Source: an uncultured virus (IMG/VR IMGVR_UViG_3300010429_001900) (lineage: Duplodnaviria; Heunggongvirae; Uroviricota; Caudoviricetes). Taken from it: a stretch of 64,000 bases of DNA. The notes beneath the pieces are model-generated. The model did not search any database. It was not told the DNA's origin and saw only the letters and a list, made by a program, of their open reading frames with translations. The stretch lies in IMG/VR virus record IMGVR_UViG_3300010429_001900, one strand, 5' to 3'. Numbering within the stretch: the first letter of the stretch is position 1; every line of letters begins with the position of its first letter. Made by a program: the position numbers and the translations under genes. Positions 54,823-63,733 of the stretch are shown here, piece after piece.

Positions 54823-55043
54823 GCGGCGCTCCCGACAGGGATCCAGAAGTGGCAGGTGTTGTTGCCCACGATCGGGTAGACCATCGCCCGGATGTTGACT
54901 GTCACCTCGGGCGGCAGGCACAGCTGGCGGTCCAGCTCGAGCTGGACGTGACGCTGGCACCGGCTGCGCGCCGGGCAGATCGTTGGGTTGAATTTCTCGT
55001 CGGCGCCTCGGCAGCGCTTGGCATCGATGGGCAGGTTCCTCAT
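54819..55043 (-). CDS. Small Cys-rich protein
   Basis: RCRG..CPARSRCQR..C. Confidence 0.65.
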   Translation of the reverse strand: MRNLPIDAKRCRGADEKFNPTICPARSRCQRHVQLELDRQLCLPPEVTVNIRAMVYPIVGNNTCHFWIPVGSAA

Positions 55044-55065
55044 GGGGTTTCCGTGTTGTGTGGGG

Positions 55066-56427
55066 TCAGAAGGCTTCGGCCAGCGCCTTGCGCTTGGTCA
55101 TCGTGTTCGGCGTCGCGGTCGGCGCTGGGCCGGACCACGACGAGAAGCGCGTCTCGCGGCCGACGTAGGCCAGGTCGAGCAGGCCGGTGCGGCCCTGCCG
55201 GTTCTTGGCGACGAACATCTGGGCGTAGTTCTCGAAGTCCGGGCCCAGGTCAGGCTTGGTCTGGATCGGCCGATGGATGAAGGCCACCACGTCGGCGTCC
55301 TGCTCGATGGCGCCGCTGTCCTTCAGGTCCGCCAGGCCGGGCATGCCGTCCACCGTGCGCTTGACCTGCGCAAGCGCCACGACCACGATGTCCAGCTCCT
55401 TGCCCAGCGTCTTCAGGCCTCGGGTGATCTCTTCCAGCTGGTAGGTGCGATTCAGCTTCGGGTCGGTGCCCGACATCAGCTGCAGGTAGTCGACCATCAG
55501 CACGCCGATGTTGTGCTTGCGCTTCATGGCGCGGGCCTTGGCGCGCACCTGGGCCAGCGTCAGGCCGCCCTGGTCGTCGACGTACAGCTTCTTGCCGGCC
55601 GCCATCTCTGTGGCCTCGACCAGGCGCTCCCAGAACTCTCCGCCCTGCGGAGGGCGCTGCACATCGGACAGGTCCAGGTGCCCGAGTAGCGCAACACCTC
55701 GGTCGCCCAACTCCTCCTCGGACATCTCCATCGACAGGAAGCCCACGCCGGCGCCGCCTGCCATGTGCATCGCCATGGTCAGCGCGAGGGCAGTCTTGCC
55801 CATGCTCGGGCGCGCGCCCAGGATCACCAGGTTGCCCGGGCGGATGCCGCCGTTGAGCATGTTGTCCAGGTCGATCAGGCCGGTCGGCGTGACGCGGATC
55901 CTGTCGTTCGCGCGGGCCTCGATGATCTCGGTGTGCCGCACCAGCAGCTCGGCCAGCGGCGTGGCGCTGCGTTGCGCGCCCTGCTCCAGCAGCCGCATCA
56001 GTTCAGCAGAGACGCGCTCGATGCGCTCGTCGATCGGCGTGGCCTGGTCGGCGGCCGCCTCCACCGCCGACGCGCCGGCGGCCATCAGCGCGCGCGCCTT
56101 GGCCCGCTCCATCACCAGGCCCGCGTAGCGCACGATGTTGGCGGCGCTGGGCACGCTCTGTGCCAGCGCGTTCAGGTACGGCAGCCCGCCTGCGTCGGCC
56201 AGCTCGCCGGTGGCCTGCAGCCGCTCGAACACGGTGATCACATCGGCCGGCTTGCCGGTGTTCAGCAGCGACAGGATGGCGACGAAAATGCGGCGATTGG
56301 CGCCGTCGAAGAAGGCCTCGGCCTTCAGCTCGGCGATGCGGTCGATGGCCCCGTTGTCGAGCAGCAGGGCGCCCAGCACGGACTGCTCCGACTCGCTGGA
56401 CCAGGGGGCGTTGCGGCTGTCGCTCAC
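55066..56427 (-). CDS. dnaB: Replicative DNA helicase DnaB
   Basis: EQSVLGALL; GARPSMGKT; SMEM; VDYLQL; DLKDSGAIEQDAD; KNRQG. Confidence 0.95.
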   Translation of the reverse strand: MSDSRNAPWSSESEQSVLGALLLDNGAIDRIAELKAEAFFDGANRRIFVAILSLLNTGKPADVITVFERLQATGELADAGGLPYLNALAQSVPSAANIVRYAGLVMERAKARALMAAGASAVEAAADQATPIDERIERVSAELMRLLEQGAQRSATPLAELLVRHTEIIEARANDRIRVTPTGLIDLDNMLNGGIRPGNLVILGARPSMGKTALALTMAMHMAGGAGVGFLSMEMSEEELGDRGVALLGHLDLSDVQRPPQGGEFWERLVEATEMAAGKKLYVDDQGGLTLAQVRAKARAMKRKHNIGVLMVDYLQLMSGTDPKLNRTYQLEEITRGLKTLGKELDIVVVALAQVKRTVDGMPGLADLKDSGAIEQDADVVAFIHRPIQTKPDLGPDFENYAQMFVAKNRQGRTGLLDLAYVGRETRFSSWSGPAPTATPNTMTKRKALAEAF

Positions 56428-57233
56428 GACTTCTCCTTGAACTCGATCTCGGCTTGCTTGCCGCGGGTGGTCAGCACGTACTTGCCGTCGTCGTTCAGGA
56501 ACCACAGCCCGAACCAGGCCTCCTGCAGCGAGCGGCGGAACACGCGCCCCCAGTCGATGTAGGTCTTCCGGGTGCCGGCGTACCGGCGGCGGAAGCACAG
56601 CCAGTGCAGCCGAAGAAGCTCAGCAGGCAGGTCGATCTCCTCGGCATAGCGGCGTGCGGCGTGGTCGTTCGGGATCGGCTTCTCGCCGGCGTCGGCCGCT
56701 TTTTTCACCCAGGCGTCGTAGGTGGTCTGCTCGCCCTTCGGCTTGCCCGACTTGGCCTTCAAGGGCTCGCCAGGAGGGGGCGGAGGCGGAGCCGACCCAC
56801 TCTCTTTGTTCTCTTCTCTTCTCTTCTCTTCTCTAGGTAACGCACCGCTAACGCCGTGACCGTTAGCGGAAGCGTTAACCTCTCCGTTAGCTTTGTGCTT
56901 GGCCACTCTTTTGGCGGTCTGCGCCCTGCTCTTGGCGGTAGTTCCGTTGTGCCGGTCGAACCTCGGCAGGCTGATCCCGTCGCCAGAGATCTCCAGCCAC
57001 CCGACCTCGCGCACGGCCTCGCAGAATCCACTAACGCCAACGATACGGTCGAGTAACGCGGTGGTAACGCGCGCAGCGTTACCGTTGGTCGTGTGCTGGT
57101 CAAACCATCGCCAGAGCCGAAAGAGTTTCCCGACAGCCAGGTCCGCGTCGTCCCACCCCATGCGGGATGTGATGGCGAGTACCTCCTCCTTTTCTGGGGT
57201 GCTCGCCTCTATCTTCATCCAGTCGCCAGCCAT
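56424..57233 (-). CDS. Phage replication initiator protein
   Basis: MAGDWMK..GKL.RLW.WFDQHT..VGWL..FDRHN..AKSRA..REEKRREE; upstream of DnaB. Confidence 0.85.
   Translation of the reverse strand: MAGDWMKIEASTPEKEEVLAITSRMGWDDADLAVGKLFRLWRWFDQHTTNGNAARVTTALLDRIVGVSGFCEAVREVGWLEISGDGISLPRFDRHNGTTAKSRAQTAKRVAKHKANGEVNASANGHGVSGALPREEKRREENKESGSAPPPPPPGEPLKAKSGKPKGEQTTYDAWVKKAADAGEKPIPNDHAARRYAEEIDLPAELLRLHWLCFRRRYAGTRKTYIDWGRVFRRSLQEAWFGLWFLNDDGKYVLTTRGKQAEIEFKEKS
56803..57090. other. Putative replication origin inside rep gene
   Basis: Clustered TAACG(C)/(G)CGTTA repeats beside a (TCTCT/TTCTC)n pyrimidine tract. Confidence 0.55.
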
Positions 57234-57742
57234 TACGCGCCCCGCCTTTCTGCCAGGAACTCCGGCATCGTCATCCGCCACTTCGCGCGGCTGCATGGGG
57301 AGCACAGGCACTGCAGGTTGCTAGGATCGCTGGACCCACCTCTGGCGATCGGCGTCGCGTGATCCACGACAAGCTCCTCTGTCGACCCGCATGCCGCGCA
57401 CCGCCCGGCGGACAGCACGGCGGCCCGCAGCCGCGCCCCCAGCGACTTGCGCGTCGCTGCCGGCTCACAGAATCCGGCGAGACTGACCGCGCCTCCAGCT
57501 GCTTTCAGCCAACCGCAGGAGCGAAGGCGCTCAGAAAATCCAGGCCTGCGTAGGTGGTCGTCCAGCGCGGAGGCGTCGGGCTCACTCATCCGGCCATACT
57601 TGGCGTGCCTCTCAAACCAGCCTGCAGTCCTGTACAGGAGCAGCAGAAGGTCAGCCGAACCGGTTTCCAGCTCGCGGCGCAGCCTATCGAATTTAGGCGA
57701 CGCGAGAATGTCGGCCCGCATCTTGATCCAGTCTCCAGCCAC
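57233..57742 (-). CDS. HNH endonuclease with Rep-like N-terminus
   Basis: MAGDWIKMR...; CAACG..VDHATPIARGG....NLQCLC.PC. Confidence 0.8.
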   Translation of the reverse strand: MAGDWIKMRADILASPKFDRLRRELETGSADLLLLLYRTAGWFERHAKYGRMSEPDASALDDHLRRPGFSERLRSCGWLKAAGGAVSLAGFCEPAATRKSLGARLRAAVLSAGRCAACGSTEELVVDHATPIARGGSSDPSNLQCLCSPCSRAKWRMTMPEFLAERRGA

Positions 57743-57772
57743 TACGTGTCCTTGTGGTGCCGCGGTAAAGGC

Positions 57773-57830
57773 GCGCCGGCAGGCGGGCGGACAATCCGCT
57801 TTTCGGGGTAGCTCTCCCCTAGCCGGGCGC
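57773..57830 (-). ncRNA. Candidate cis-regulatory three-way-junction RNA
   Basis: GCGCCCGGC/GCCGGCGC closing stem; inner GGGG..CCCC and GCGGA-TTG-TCCGC hairpins joined by GAAAA. Confidence 0.45.
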
Positions 57831-57861
57831 GTGCGCAGTGTAGCGCACGTTTGTTGATGTG

Positions 57862-58410
57862 CTACCTGTTTGTTTCGCCTGGGGCGAGCGAAATCCCCCA
57901 GATGCGGCCGCCGGCCGTGCCGTTGCCGCGTCGGCGGCGGCACTCTCCGACCTGATGCATGCGGCCGGCGCGCGCCAGGCTCGCGATCACAGGGCCGAAG
58001 GCGCGGTCGTCGTGCGGCTTGTAGCCGGCGATGCGGCACACCTCGACCAGGATCTCCGAGCTGGTCGGCCCGTGCTTGCGCAGGTGGCGCAGCATGAACT
58101 CGCCGGCCGCCTTGGCGTCGAAGTTGGCGACGCGCTCGGCCTTGGCCTGGCAGGCCTCTCCGGCCGCCTGCCCGTCGGACCTCGGGCAGGCGCCGCCGCC
58201 AGCCGGCGGGAAGGTTGGCTCGGGCGGCGGCGTCCAGCCCAGCTTGATCAGCGCCTCACGGATCGCCTGGTCGCGGGTGTGTACCACGGCAATAGCGTGC
58301 CGCTTAAACAGCTTGCCGCCGATGTCGAGCTGTTCCTCGGACAACTCTTCCAGGAGGATGGCGCCGGCGGCTAGGTCGACGGACGGCTTGAGGGTGTGTG
58401 TGATGATCAT
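57862..58410 (-). CDS. Hypothetical protein (C-terminal wHTH-like)
   Basis: IREALIKLGWTPP; PHDDRAFGPV..L.RAG. Confidence 0.7.
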   Translation of the reverse strand: MIITHTLKPSVDLAAGAILLEELSEEQLDIGGKLFKRHAIAVVHTRDQAIREALIKLGWTPPPEPTFPPAGGGACPRSDGQAAGEACQAKAERVANFDAKAAGEFMLRHLRKHGPTSSEILVEVCRIAGYKPHDDRAFGPVIASLARAGRMHQVGECRRRRGNGTAGGRIWGISLAPGETNR

Positions 58411-58685
58411 CTTGTGCGCTCGCCTCCTACGTAGTGGTACACGCCGATCTCGGCGTCGATGACGTCGTGCTCGACATGGCAGGCCAGATGCATTCGGGGG
58501 TTGATGGGTCGGGATGGCATCACGTAGCGCAGACGGGTCGTCTGCACCTGGCGCTCGGTGCCTCCGTAACTGACCGGCACGGCGGCGCGCTCCGCGTGGA
58601 GCATCTCGACCGAAGGCCTCAGCTCCTGGACTATGTGGCGCTGGCCATCCAGCGGGCCGCCGATGAAGAAGGCGAACTTGGTCAT
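58407..58685 (-). CDS. Hypothetical protein
   Basis: FIGGPLDG motif. Confidence 0.7.
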   Translation of the reverse strand: MTKFAFFIGGPLDGQRHIVQELRPSVEMLHAERAAVPVSYGGTERQVQTTRLRYVMPSRPINPRMHLACHVEHDVIDAEIGVYHYVGGERTR

Positions 58686-59014
58686 CAGTTGCCCTTCGCC
58701 TTAGCCACGACGCGCACGTCATGCCACCCGGCGGCGGTCGCCAGCGCGGCGCACTCCCTGGCGGCCAAGTGCAGCTCATAAGGCTTGCTGCGCACGCGCA
58801 GCGGTTTGTGCTCCAGCATCCAGGCTACCGGGTCGAACGGCTTCGGCGACCCGCCGCGCTCGTGGACGAGGCGCGCAGCCAGCAGCTGGTCGGGGCTGTA
58901 GCCCACGACGTGCCAGCCCTTGTGGTACTGTTGCCCGACGGCGGCAGGCCTCTTCTTGGCGGGCAAGGGCGGGCCGATGGTGACCGGCTCGCCGTGGATG
59001 TTGACGAACTGCAT
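58685..59014 (-). CDS. Hypothetical protein
   Basis: AAAGGA RBS; first gene of the leftward arm. Confidence 0.7.
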   Translation of the reverse strand: MQFVNIHGEPVTIGPPLPAKKRPAAVGQQYHKGWHVVGYSPDQLLAARLVHERGGSPKPFDPVAWMLEHKPLRVRSKPYELHLAARECAALATAAGWHDVRVVAKAKGN

Positions 59015-59055
59015 GCTATCCTTTCCCCCCCCCCTATCCTTTGGGGGTGCGATTT

Positions 59056-59084
59056 ATTGTACGAAGCAATCCCTTCTATTGCAA
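59056..59084 (-). promoter_or_regulatory. Leftward promoter of replication arm
   Basis: TTGCAA-17-TACAAT. Confidence 0.7.
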
Positions 59085-59138
59085 AGTTTTTGTTGGCGTG
59101 CGTCAATAGGCACCTCATCACCGAACCAGGAGTGCACG

Positions 59139-59657
59139 GTGCAAATCAAGGACCAGATCAGAGTCCGGCGCGAGGCGCTCGGCATGGACATGCATCAGCT
59201 GGCCATGCGCGTCGGCGTCACCGAACAGGCGGTGCGCCACTGGGAGAGCGGCCGCTCCTACCCCAGCAAGTCGAAGATCCGTCTCATCGAAGAGGCGCTG
59301 AGCTTCACGATGGACTGGTCCGAGGGGGCGAACCCCGTGGCCGAAGGCCGAACCGCGGCGGCCATGGTCGACCCGAAGGATGTCGACCTGCTGCTCGTCA
59401 TCTGCAAGCTTCCGCTGCGCGCGAAGAACCTGCTCGGCGACCTGGCGCGCATGCATCTGGAGGCCGTCGAGCGCTCCAGGCCCGAGCCCCCGCCATCGGC
59501 GGATCCGCTGGCCGCGGCGCGGACGGCCGTGGCGGAGTTCCTGGCCGTGAATGCCGTCGACCGCGACAAGCTGCTGGGCGCGTGGCCACCAAGTCGGTCG
59601 GCAGGCAGCCGGAACTCGTCGCGGGCAAGCGGCGCTAAAACTTCTTGCGCCTGCTAA
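59139..59657 (+). CDS. XRE-family HTH regulator (repressor candidate)
   Basis: AGGAG RBS; IRVRREALGM..LA.RVGVTEQAVRHWESGRSYP; no S24 peptidase domain visible. Confidence 0.85.
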   Translation: MQIKDQIRVRREALGMDMHQLAMRVGVTEQAVRHWESGRSYPSKSKIRLIEEALSFTMDWSEGANPVAEGRTAAAMVDPKDVDLLLVICKLPLRAKNLLGDLARMHLEAVERSRPEPPPSADPLAAARTAVAEFLAVNAVDRDKLLGAWPPSRSAGSRNSSRASGAKTSCAC

Positions 59658-59672
59658 AAGTTTATGTAGAAT
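59645..59672 (+). promoter_or_regulatory. Putative promoter of candidate sRNA
   Basis: TTGCGC-16-TAGAAT. Confidence 0.55.
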
Positions 59673-59678
59673 GCCCGG

Positions 59679-59857
59679 AGCAACACGAACCGTATGGCAC
59701 ATGCGGCGGGCCTAGCGCCCGGTCTCCGAGCGGGCAGCTGACCCGAATGTGCTGACAGCTGGCCACCCCGGAAAAGCAGCGGGGCCGTGATGGTCTGGGG
59801 GATCCCGGGTCTAGGCGGCTGAGAAAGAAGGCCCGGCTTCCAAGCTGGGCTTTTTTT
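59679..59857 (+). ncRNA. Candidate small RNA
   Basis: Bounded by promoter and terminator; nested stems; no convincing ORF. Confidence 0.5.
59828..59857 (+). terminator. Rho-independent terminator
   Basis: GCCCGGCTT-CC-AAGCTGGGC followed by T7. Confidence 0.85.
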
Positions 59858-59878
59858 CGTCCGCACACACAATTGCGG

Positions 59879-59907
59879 TTGACGCCGCAACTGTTTGTTG
59901 GGACAAT
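59879..59907 (+). promoter_or_regulatory. Sigma70 promoter with operator
   Basis: TTGACG-17-GACAAT; spacer contains AACTGTTTGTT. Confidence 0.7.
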
Positions 59908-60041
59908 GCGGCCTTCACCACGAAGCGGCCGCCCATGCTGACCCCGTTGCAATCCATTGAGTCTTGGCTGACCTGGTACGGGTCGCTGATGTTGTTGGTC
60001 CTCACGGGCTCGCCGGCCTCCGACAGGACGAGGGACCGGAC

Positions 60042-60494
60042 GTGACCCGCAAGCGTTGCAACCGCCGGCCTGTGCCGGTGCGCTCGGTGCCGATCGTCTT
60101 CGGCTTCCCCGCCGACATGAAGACCAAGGCCATGATCCAGGCGCGCGCCGCGCTGGCTGGCGTGCTCGGCCACACTGGTGACGCCGACGACGTGCAGGTG
60201 CTGCTGCGCATCGCCATGTACTGCTCCGGCATGTGCGAGCAGCTGCTGCGCGACGACACCGTCGACGCCGAAGGCCTGGCCGACGCGATCGAGGCCGTCA
60301 ACTCGGCGCTGGCGGCCGTCACCTCGGTGGCCGACCGGCTCAAGCGCAGCGGCAAGGTCGGCACGGCCGGCCCGGAGCGCGAGCCGCTGGAGCGCCTGGT
60401 CGACGCCTACGAGGCGCTCTTCAGCCTGGGCACACGGCGCGAGTCCACGGCCGTGCTCGACGCCCTGCCCGACCACTGCAGGGTCATCGCATGA
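60042..60494 (+). CDS. Hypothetical protein
   Basis: MTRKRCNRR..; helical. Confidence 0.7.
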   Translation: MTRKRCNRRPVPVRSVPIVFGFPADMKTKAMIQARAALAGVLGHTGDADDVQVLLRIAMYCSGMCEQLLRDDTVDAEGLADAIEAVNSALAAVTSVADRLKRSGKVGTAGPEREPLERLVDAYEALFSLGTRRESTAVLDALPDHCRVIA

Positions 60495-60904
60495 CGAACA
60501 CCGTACTCGACAAGCGGCTGCTGGACATGGCCCAGCGCGCAGGCCGCACCGGCATCTCGCTGATGGACGTGACCGGCGAGAGCGTGCGCCACAGCTACAA
60601 CATCACCATGCGCCTGGTGGCGCACGGCCTGCTGCACAAGGGCAAGGTCGGACACCGCACCGTGCGATTTTTCACCCGCGCCGAGTGGGCGAAGGACTAC
60701 GAGCGCACGCGCAAGGCGCCCGCCGAGCGGCCTACCGTGCTGCGCGCCGCGTGGGATGCCGACACGCCGGCGATCTACCCGACCCATCCGGACGGCAGCC
60801 CGGCCTACAAGTACACCGTCTGCGAGTCGAATTTCGACCCGCTCGACGCAGCCATCCGCAACCGCCAGCGGTGGAGCGCGGATCCCATCATCCGTGGCAC
60901 ATGA
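60491..60904 (+). CDS. Hypothetical protein (wHTH-like)
   Basis: ATGA overlap. Confidence 0.7.
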   Translation: MTNTVLDKRLLDMAQRAGRTGISLMDVTGESVRHSYNITMRLVAHGLLHKGKVGHRTVRFFTRAEWAKDYERTRKAPAERPTVLRAAWDADTPAIYPTHPDGSPAYKYTVCESNFDPLDAAIRNRQRWSADPIIRGT

Positions 60905-60921
60905 CCCAAGAGGACCATTGC

Positions 60922-61074
60922 ATGAACAACACCATCGTGCCCAAGGGCAACGACTTCGAGGTGCAGGGCGAGCAGTTCGACAGCGACGACGCGTTCAGCC
61001 TGGACGACGACACGCCGCTGGCCTGCCCGCTGAAGCCGGCCGACAGCGAGGGCCCGTGCGATGCGTGCCAGTAG
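60922..61074 (+). CDS. Small acidic peptide ending CDACQ
   Basis: GAGGA RBS. Confidence 0.65.
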   Translation: MNNTIVPKGNDFEVQGEQFDSDDAFSLDDDTPLACPLKPADSEGPCDACQ

Positions 61075-61176
61075 CCGCGCCTGCCCGTACTGCGGAGGCG
61101 GCCACACCCTGAGCAAGTGCCCGCGCTGGAAGATCGTGCCACCGCGCATCCTGGCCGCGCTGCGGGAGCGCCGGCC

Positions 61177-61572
61177 ATGAAGTTCCACGAAGCCCTCCGA
61201 CGCTTGCGCATGGCGGCGGCGCCCGGGGTGCACAGCATCCGCTGCATGCGCAAAGACGAGACGGTCGTCTTTGCCGACGACCTGCGAGAACTGCTGCGCC
61301 ACTTCGACCGGCTGGACGCCGCGGCCCGCGCCGCCGAGCAGCAGAGGGAGCCGCAAGCAGAGCCGGAGCAGCTCAGCATGAGCATGTTCGCCTCCAGCAA
61401 GGACTACGAGGCTGCGGTCGCGGCACAGGCCGCCGAGAAAGGGCCTGCGCCGTGCGAGCACAGGTACACGAAGATCATCCACGCCCACGCCAACGGGGCC
61501 CTGGAGTTCCTCTGCGTCGACTGCGGCGCGGAGCGCAGCTCGTGGGGCGACTGGCGGCCCAGGTCGGCATGA
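61177..61572 (+). CDS. Hypothetical protein with Zn-ribbon
   Basis: CEH..CVDCG. Confidence 0.65.
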   Translation: MKFHEALRRLRMAAAPGVHSIRCMRKDETVVFADDLRELLRHFDRLDAAARAAEQQREPQAEPEQLSMSMFASSKDYEAAVAAQAAEKGPAPCEHRYTKIIHAHANGALEFLCVDCGAERSSWGDWRPRSA

Positions 61573-61802
61573 ACCGACGCCAGCGCGACAAGAACCGGCA
61601 GAACGCCGAGCGCCTGCGGCGCATGGTGCGCGCCCAGGAGCTGGCGCGGCACACCTGCGAGAACTGCGGCGAGCCAGGCGGCCACTGGGTCAGCATCCGC
61701 GGCACGTCGCTCCTGGGCATGCTGTCCGGCCACGACGATAGCGAGGGCTTCTGGACCTGCCCGAAGCTGTACGGCGCAGACGGGATCCGGCTGGCTCCAT
61801 AA
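61569..61802 (+). CDS. Small Zn-finger-like protein
   Basis: CENCGEPGGHW..FWTC. Confidence 0.65.
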   Translation: MNRRQRDKNRQNAERLRRMVRAQELARHTCENCGEPGGHWVSIRGTSLLGMLSGHDDSEGFWTCPKLYGADGIRLAP

Positions 61803-61812
61803 CAATTAAGTG

Positions 61813-61841
61813 TTGACGCGCGAATCTTTTGTGCGTAACAT
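61813..61841 (+). promoter_or_regulatory. Sigma70 promoter
   Basis: TTGACG-17-TAACAT. Confidence 0.8.
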
Positions 61842-61865
61842 TCAGTCCTCGCTTCAACACAGGAG

Positions 61866-63116
61866 ATGAACGTGCTTCAGGACATGGTCAATGACGCCGT
61901 CGACGCCGAGATCGCCTCGGAAGTCGTCGGCCCGGCGGCCGGCGGCGCCGTCGCCCTGCTCGACCCGCTGCGCAAGATCGAAGCCGGCCTGGCCGCGCTG
62001 GCCGAAGAGTCGGCCACCGCCACCTGGGATGTCGAGACCGCCGCCGGCGAGGCCGCCGCGCGCGAGTTCCGCGCCCGCTGCGTCAAGGTGCGCACCTCGG
62101 CGAAGGCCGCGTACGAGCTGGGCAACAAGCCTCTGCTCGATGCGCAGCGCCAGGCGCGCGAGCTGGTCGGCCTCATCAACGCCGCGGTCGATCCGGTCGA
62201 GTCGCTGTGGGACGGGCGCATCAAGGCCAAGGAGGAGCGCAAGGCTCGCGAGAAGGCCGAGCGCGAGCAGGCCGAGCGCGAGCGCGTGGCGGCGATCCGC
62301 CGCGCGATCGACGCCATCTCGGCCGCGCCGGCGGCGGCCATCGGCTGCACCACTGCGGCGCAGGTCGACGCCATGCTGGCCAGCCTGGAGCAGACGCCGA
62401 TCACCGAGGGTGAGTTCGGGGAGTTCCTGCCCGAGGCCGAGGCGGCCCGGCTGCGCTCGTACGACGCCATGCTGGCGATGCGGCGAGCCGCCGAGGCGCG
62501 TGAAGCCGCGGCCGCAGCAGCCGAGGCTGAGGCTGCGCGCCTTCGGGCCGAGCGCGAAGAGCTGGAGCGCCAGCAGGCCGAGCTGGCGGCCCAGCACGAG
62601 GCGATGCGCGCAGAGCAGGTGCGCCAGCAGCAGATCGCTGAAGCGCAACGCCTGGCCGCCGAGCGCGCGCAGGCCGAGCGCATCGCCGCCGAGCGCGCCG
62701 AGCAGGCCCGTCTGGACGCCGAGGCCCGCGCCCGCCGCGAGGCCGAGGCTGCCGAGCTGAAGAGGCAGCAGGACGCCTTCGAGGAGGAGCGCCGCATCGC
62801 CCGCGAGCAGATCGCCGCCGAGCAGCGCAAGCAGCGCGAGATCGAGGCGGCGCGCAAGGCCGAGGGCGAGCGCATCCTGGCCGAGCGCGCGGCCGCGGAG
62901 AAGGCCGAGGCCGAGCGGCTGGAGGCCGAGCGCCAGGCGGCCGAGGCCATCGCCAAGGCGCAGGCGCCGGCAGCCCAGCGCCCCGACGACGAGGAGATCC
63001 TGCACGCACTGTGCGCAGCCTTCGGCGTGCCGGCGCAGACCGCGCTCGAGTGGGTCGCCGGCTTCGACGTGGTCAAGCAGCACGCCCGCATCGTCAGCGC
63101 CCAGGAGGCCGCATGA
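61866..63116 (+). CDS. Long coiled-coil protein of the recombination operon
   Basis: AGGAG RBS; E/A/R/Q heptads. Confidence 0.8.
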   Translation: MNVLQDMVNDAVDAEIASEVVGPAAGGAVALLDPLRKIEAGLAALAEESATATWDVETAAGEAAAREFRARCVKVRTSAKAAYELGNKPLLDAQRQARELVGLINAAVDPVESLWDGRIKAKEERKAREKAEREQAERERVAAIRRAIDAISAAPAAAIGCTTAAQVDAMLASLEQTPITEGEFGEFLPEAEAARLRSYDAMLAMRRAAEAREAAAAAAEAEAARLRAEREELERQQAELAAQHEAMRAEQVRQQQIAEAQRLAAERAQAERIAAERAEQARLDAEARARREAEAAELKRQQDAFEEERRIAREQIAAEQRKQREIEAARKAEGERILAERAAAEKAEAERLEAERQAAEAIAKAQAPAAQRPDDEEILHALCAAFGVPAQTALEWVAGFDVVKQHARIVSAQEAA

Positions 63117-63733
63117 GCGTGGCGGCAAAGCTCGGTCCGATTCGTCGCGCCGGGGGCTTCATCGGGCGCATACCCGGCGATGCCAGCTACACCTACCTGC
63201 ACCGCAAGGCCGACAGCGGCGAGCCGTTCTATGTCGGGAAGGGGCGCGGAGATCGGGCGTGGCTGCGCGCCAGGCGGTCGGCGCACTGGCAAAGCATCGT
63301 CGCCAAGCACGGCCTCGTCGTCGAGATCGTCACCATGTTCGATAGCGACGCCGACGCCATGCTGCATGAGCGCGCACTGATCTCCGCCGCGCACGCGGCC
63401 GGAGTCCGGCTCGCCAACCACACCAGCGGCGGCGAAGGCGCGCCAGGCATGCGACACACGGACGCCACCAAGGCTCGCATATCGGCCATGAAGAAGGGGC
63501 TGCCCGCGCACCCGGCGACGGCGGCGGCGCTGCTGGCTGCCGCCCGGCAGCCGAAAAGCGCAGAGCACCGCGCCAAGATCAAGGCCGCCAACCTGGGCAA
63601 GAAGAGATCCCAGGCTCAGATCGACGCGTACCTGCCGGCGCTTCGAGCGGCCATGGCGGACCCGGCGGTGCGCGCCAAGATTTCAGCGGCCGCAGCAGGC
63701 CGCAAGCGCGCAACCAACGGAGAGTCAAAATGA
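63113..63733 (+). CDS. GIY-YIG-like/NUMOD3 homing endonuclease
   Basis: YTYLH..PFYVGKG..RA..E..LI..LAN.TSGGEG; HT..TKARIS; KSAEHRAKI. Confidence 0.8.
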   Translation: MSVAAKLGPIRRAGGFIGRIPGDASYTYLHRKADSGEPFYVGKGRGDRAWLRARRSAHWQSIVAKHGLVVEIVTMFDSDADAMLHERALISAAHAAGVRLANHTSGGEGAPGMRHTDATKARISAMKKGLPAHPATAAALLAAARQPKSAEHRAKIKAANLGKKRSQAQIDAYLPALRAAMADPAVRAKISAAAAGRKRATNGESK

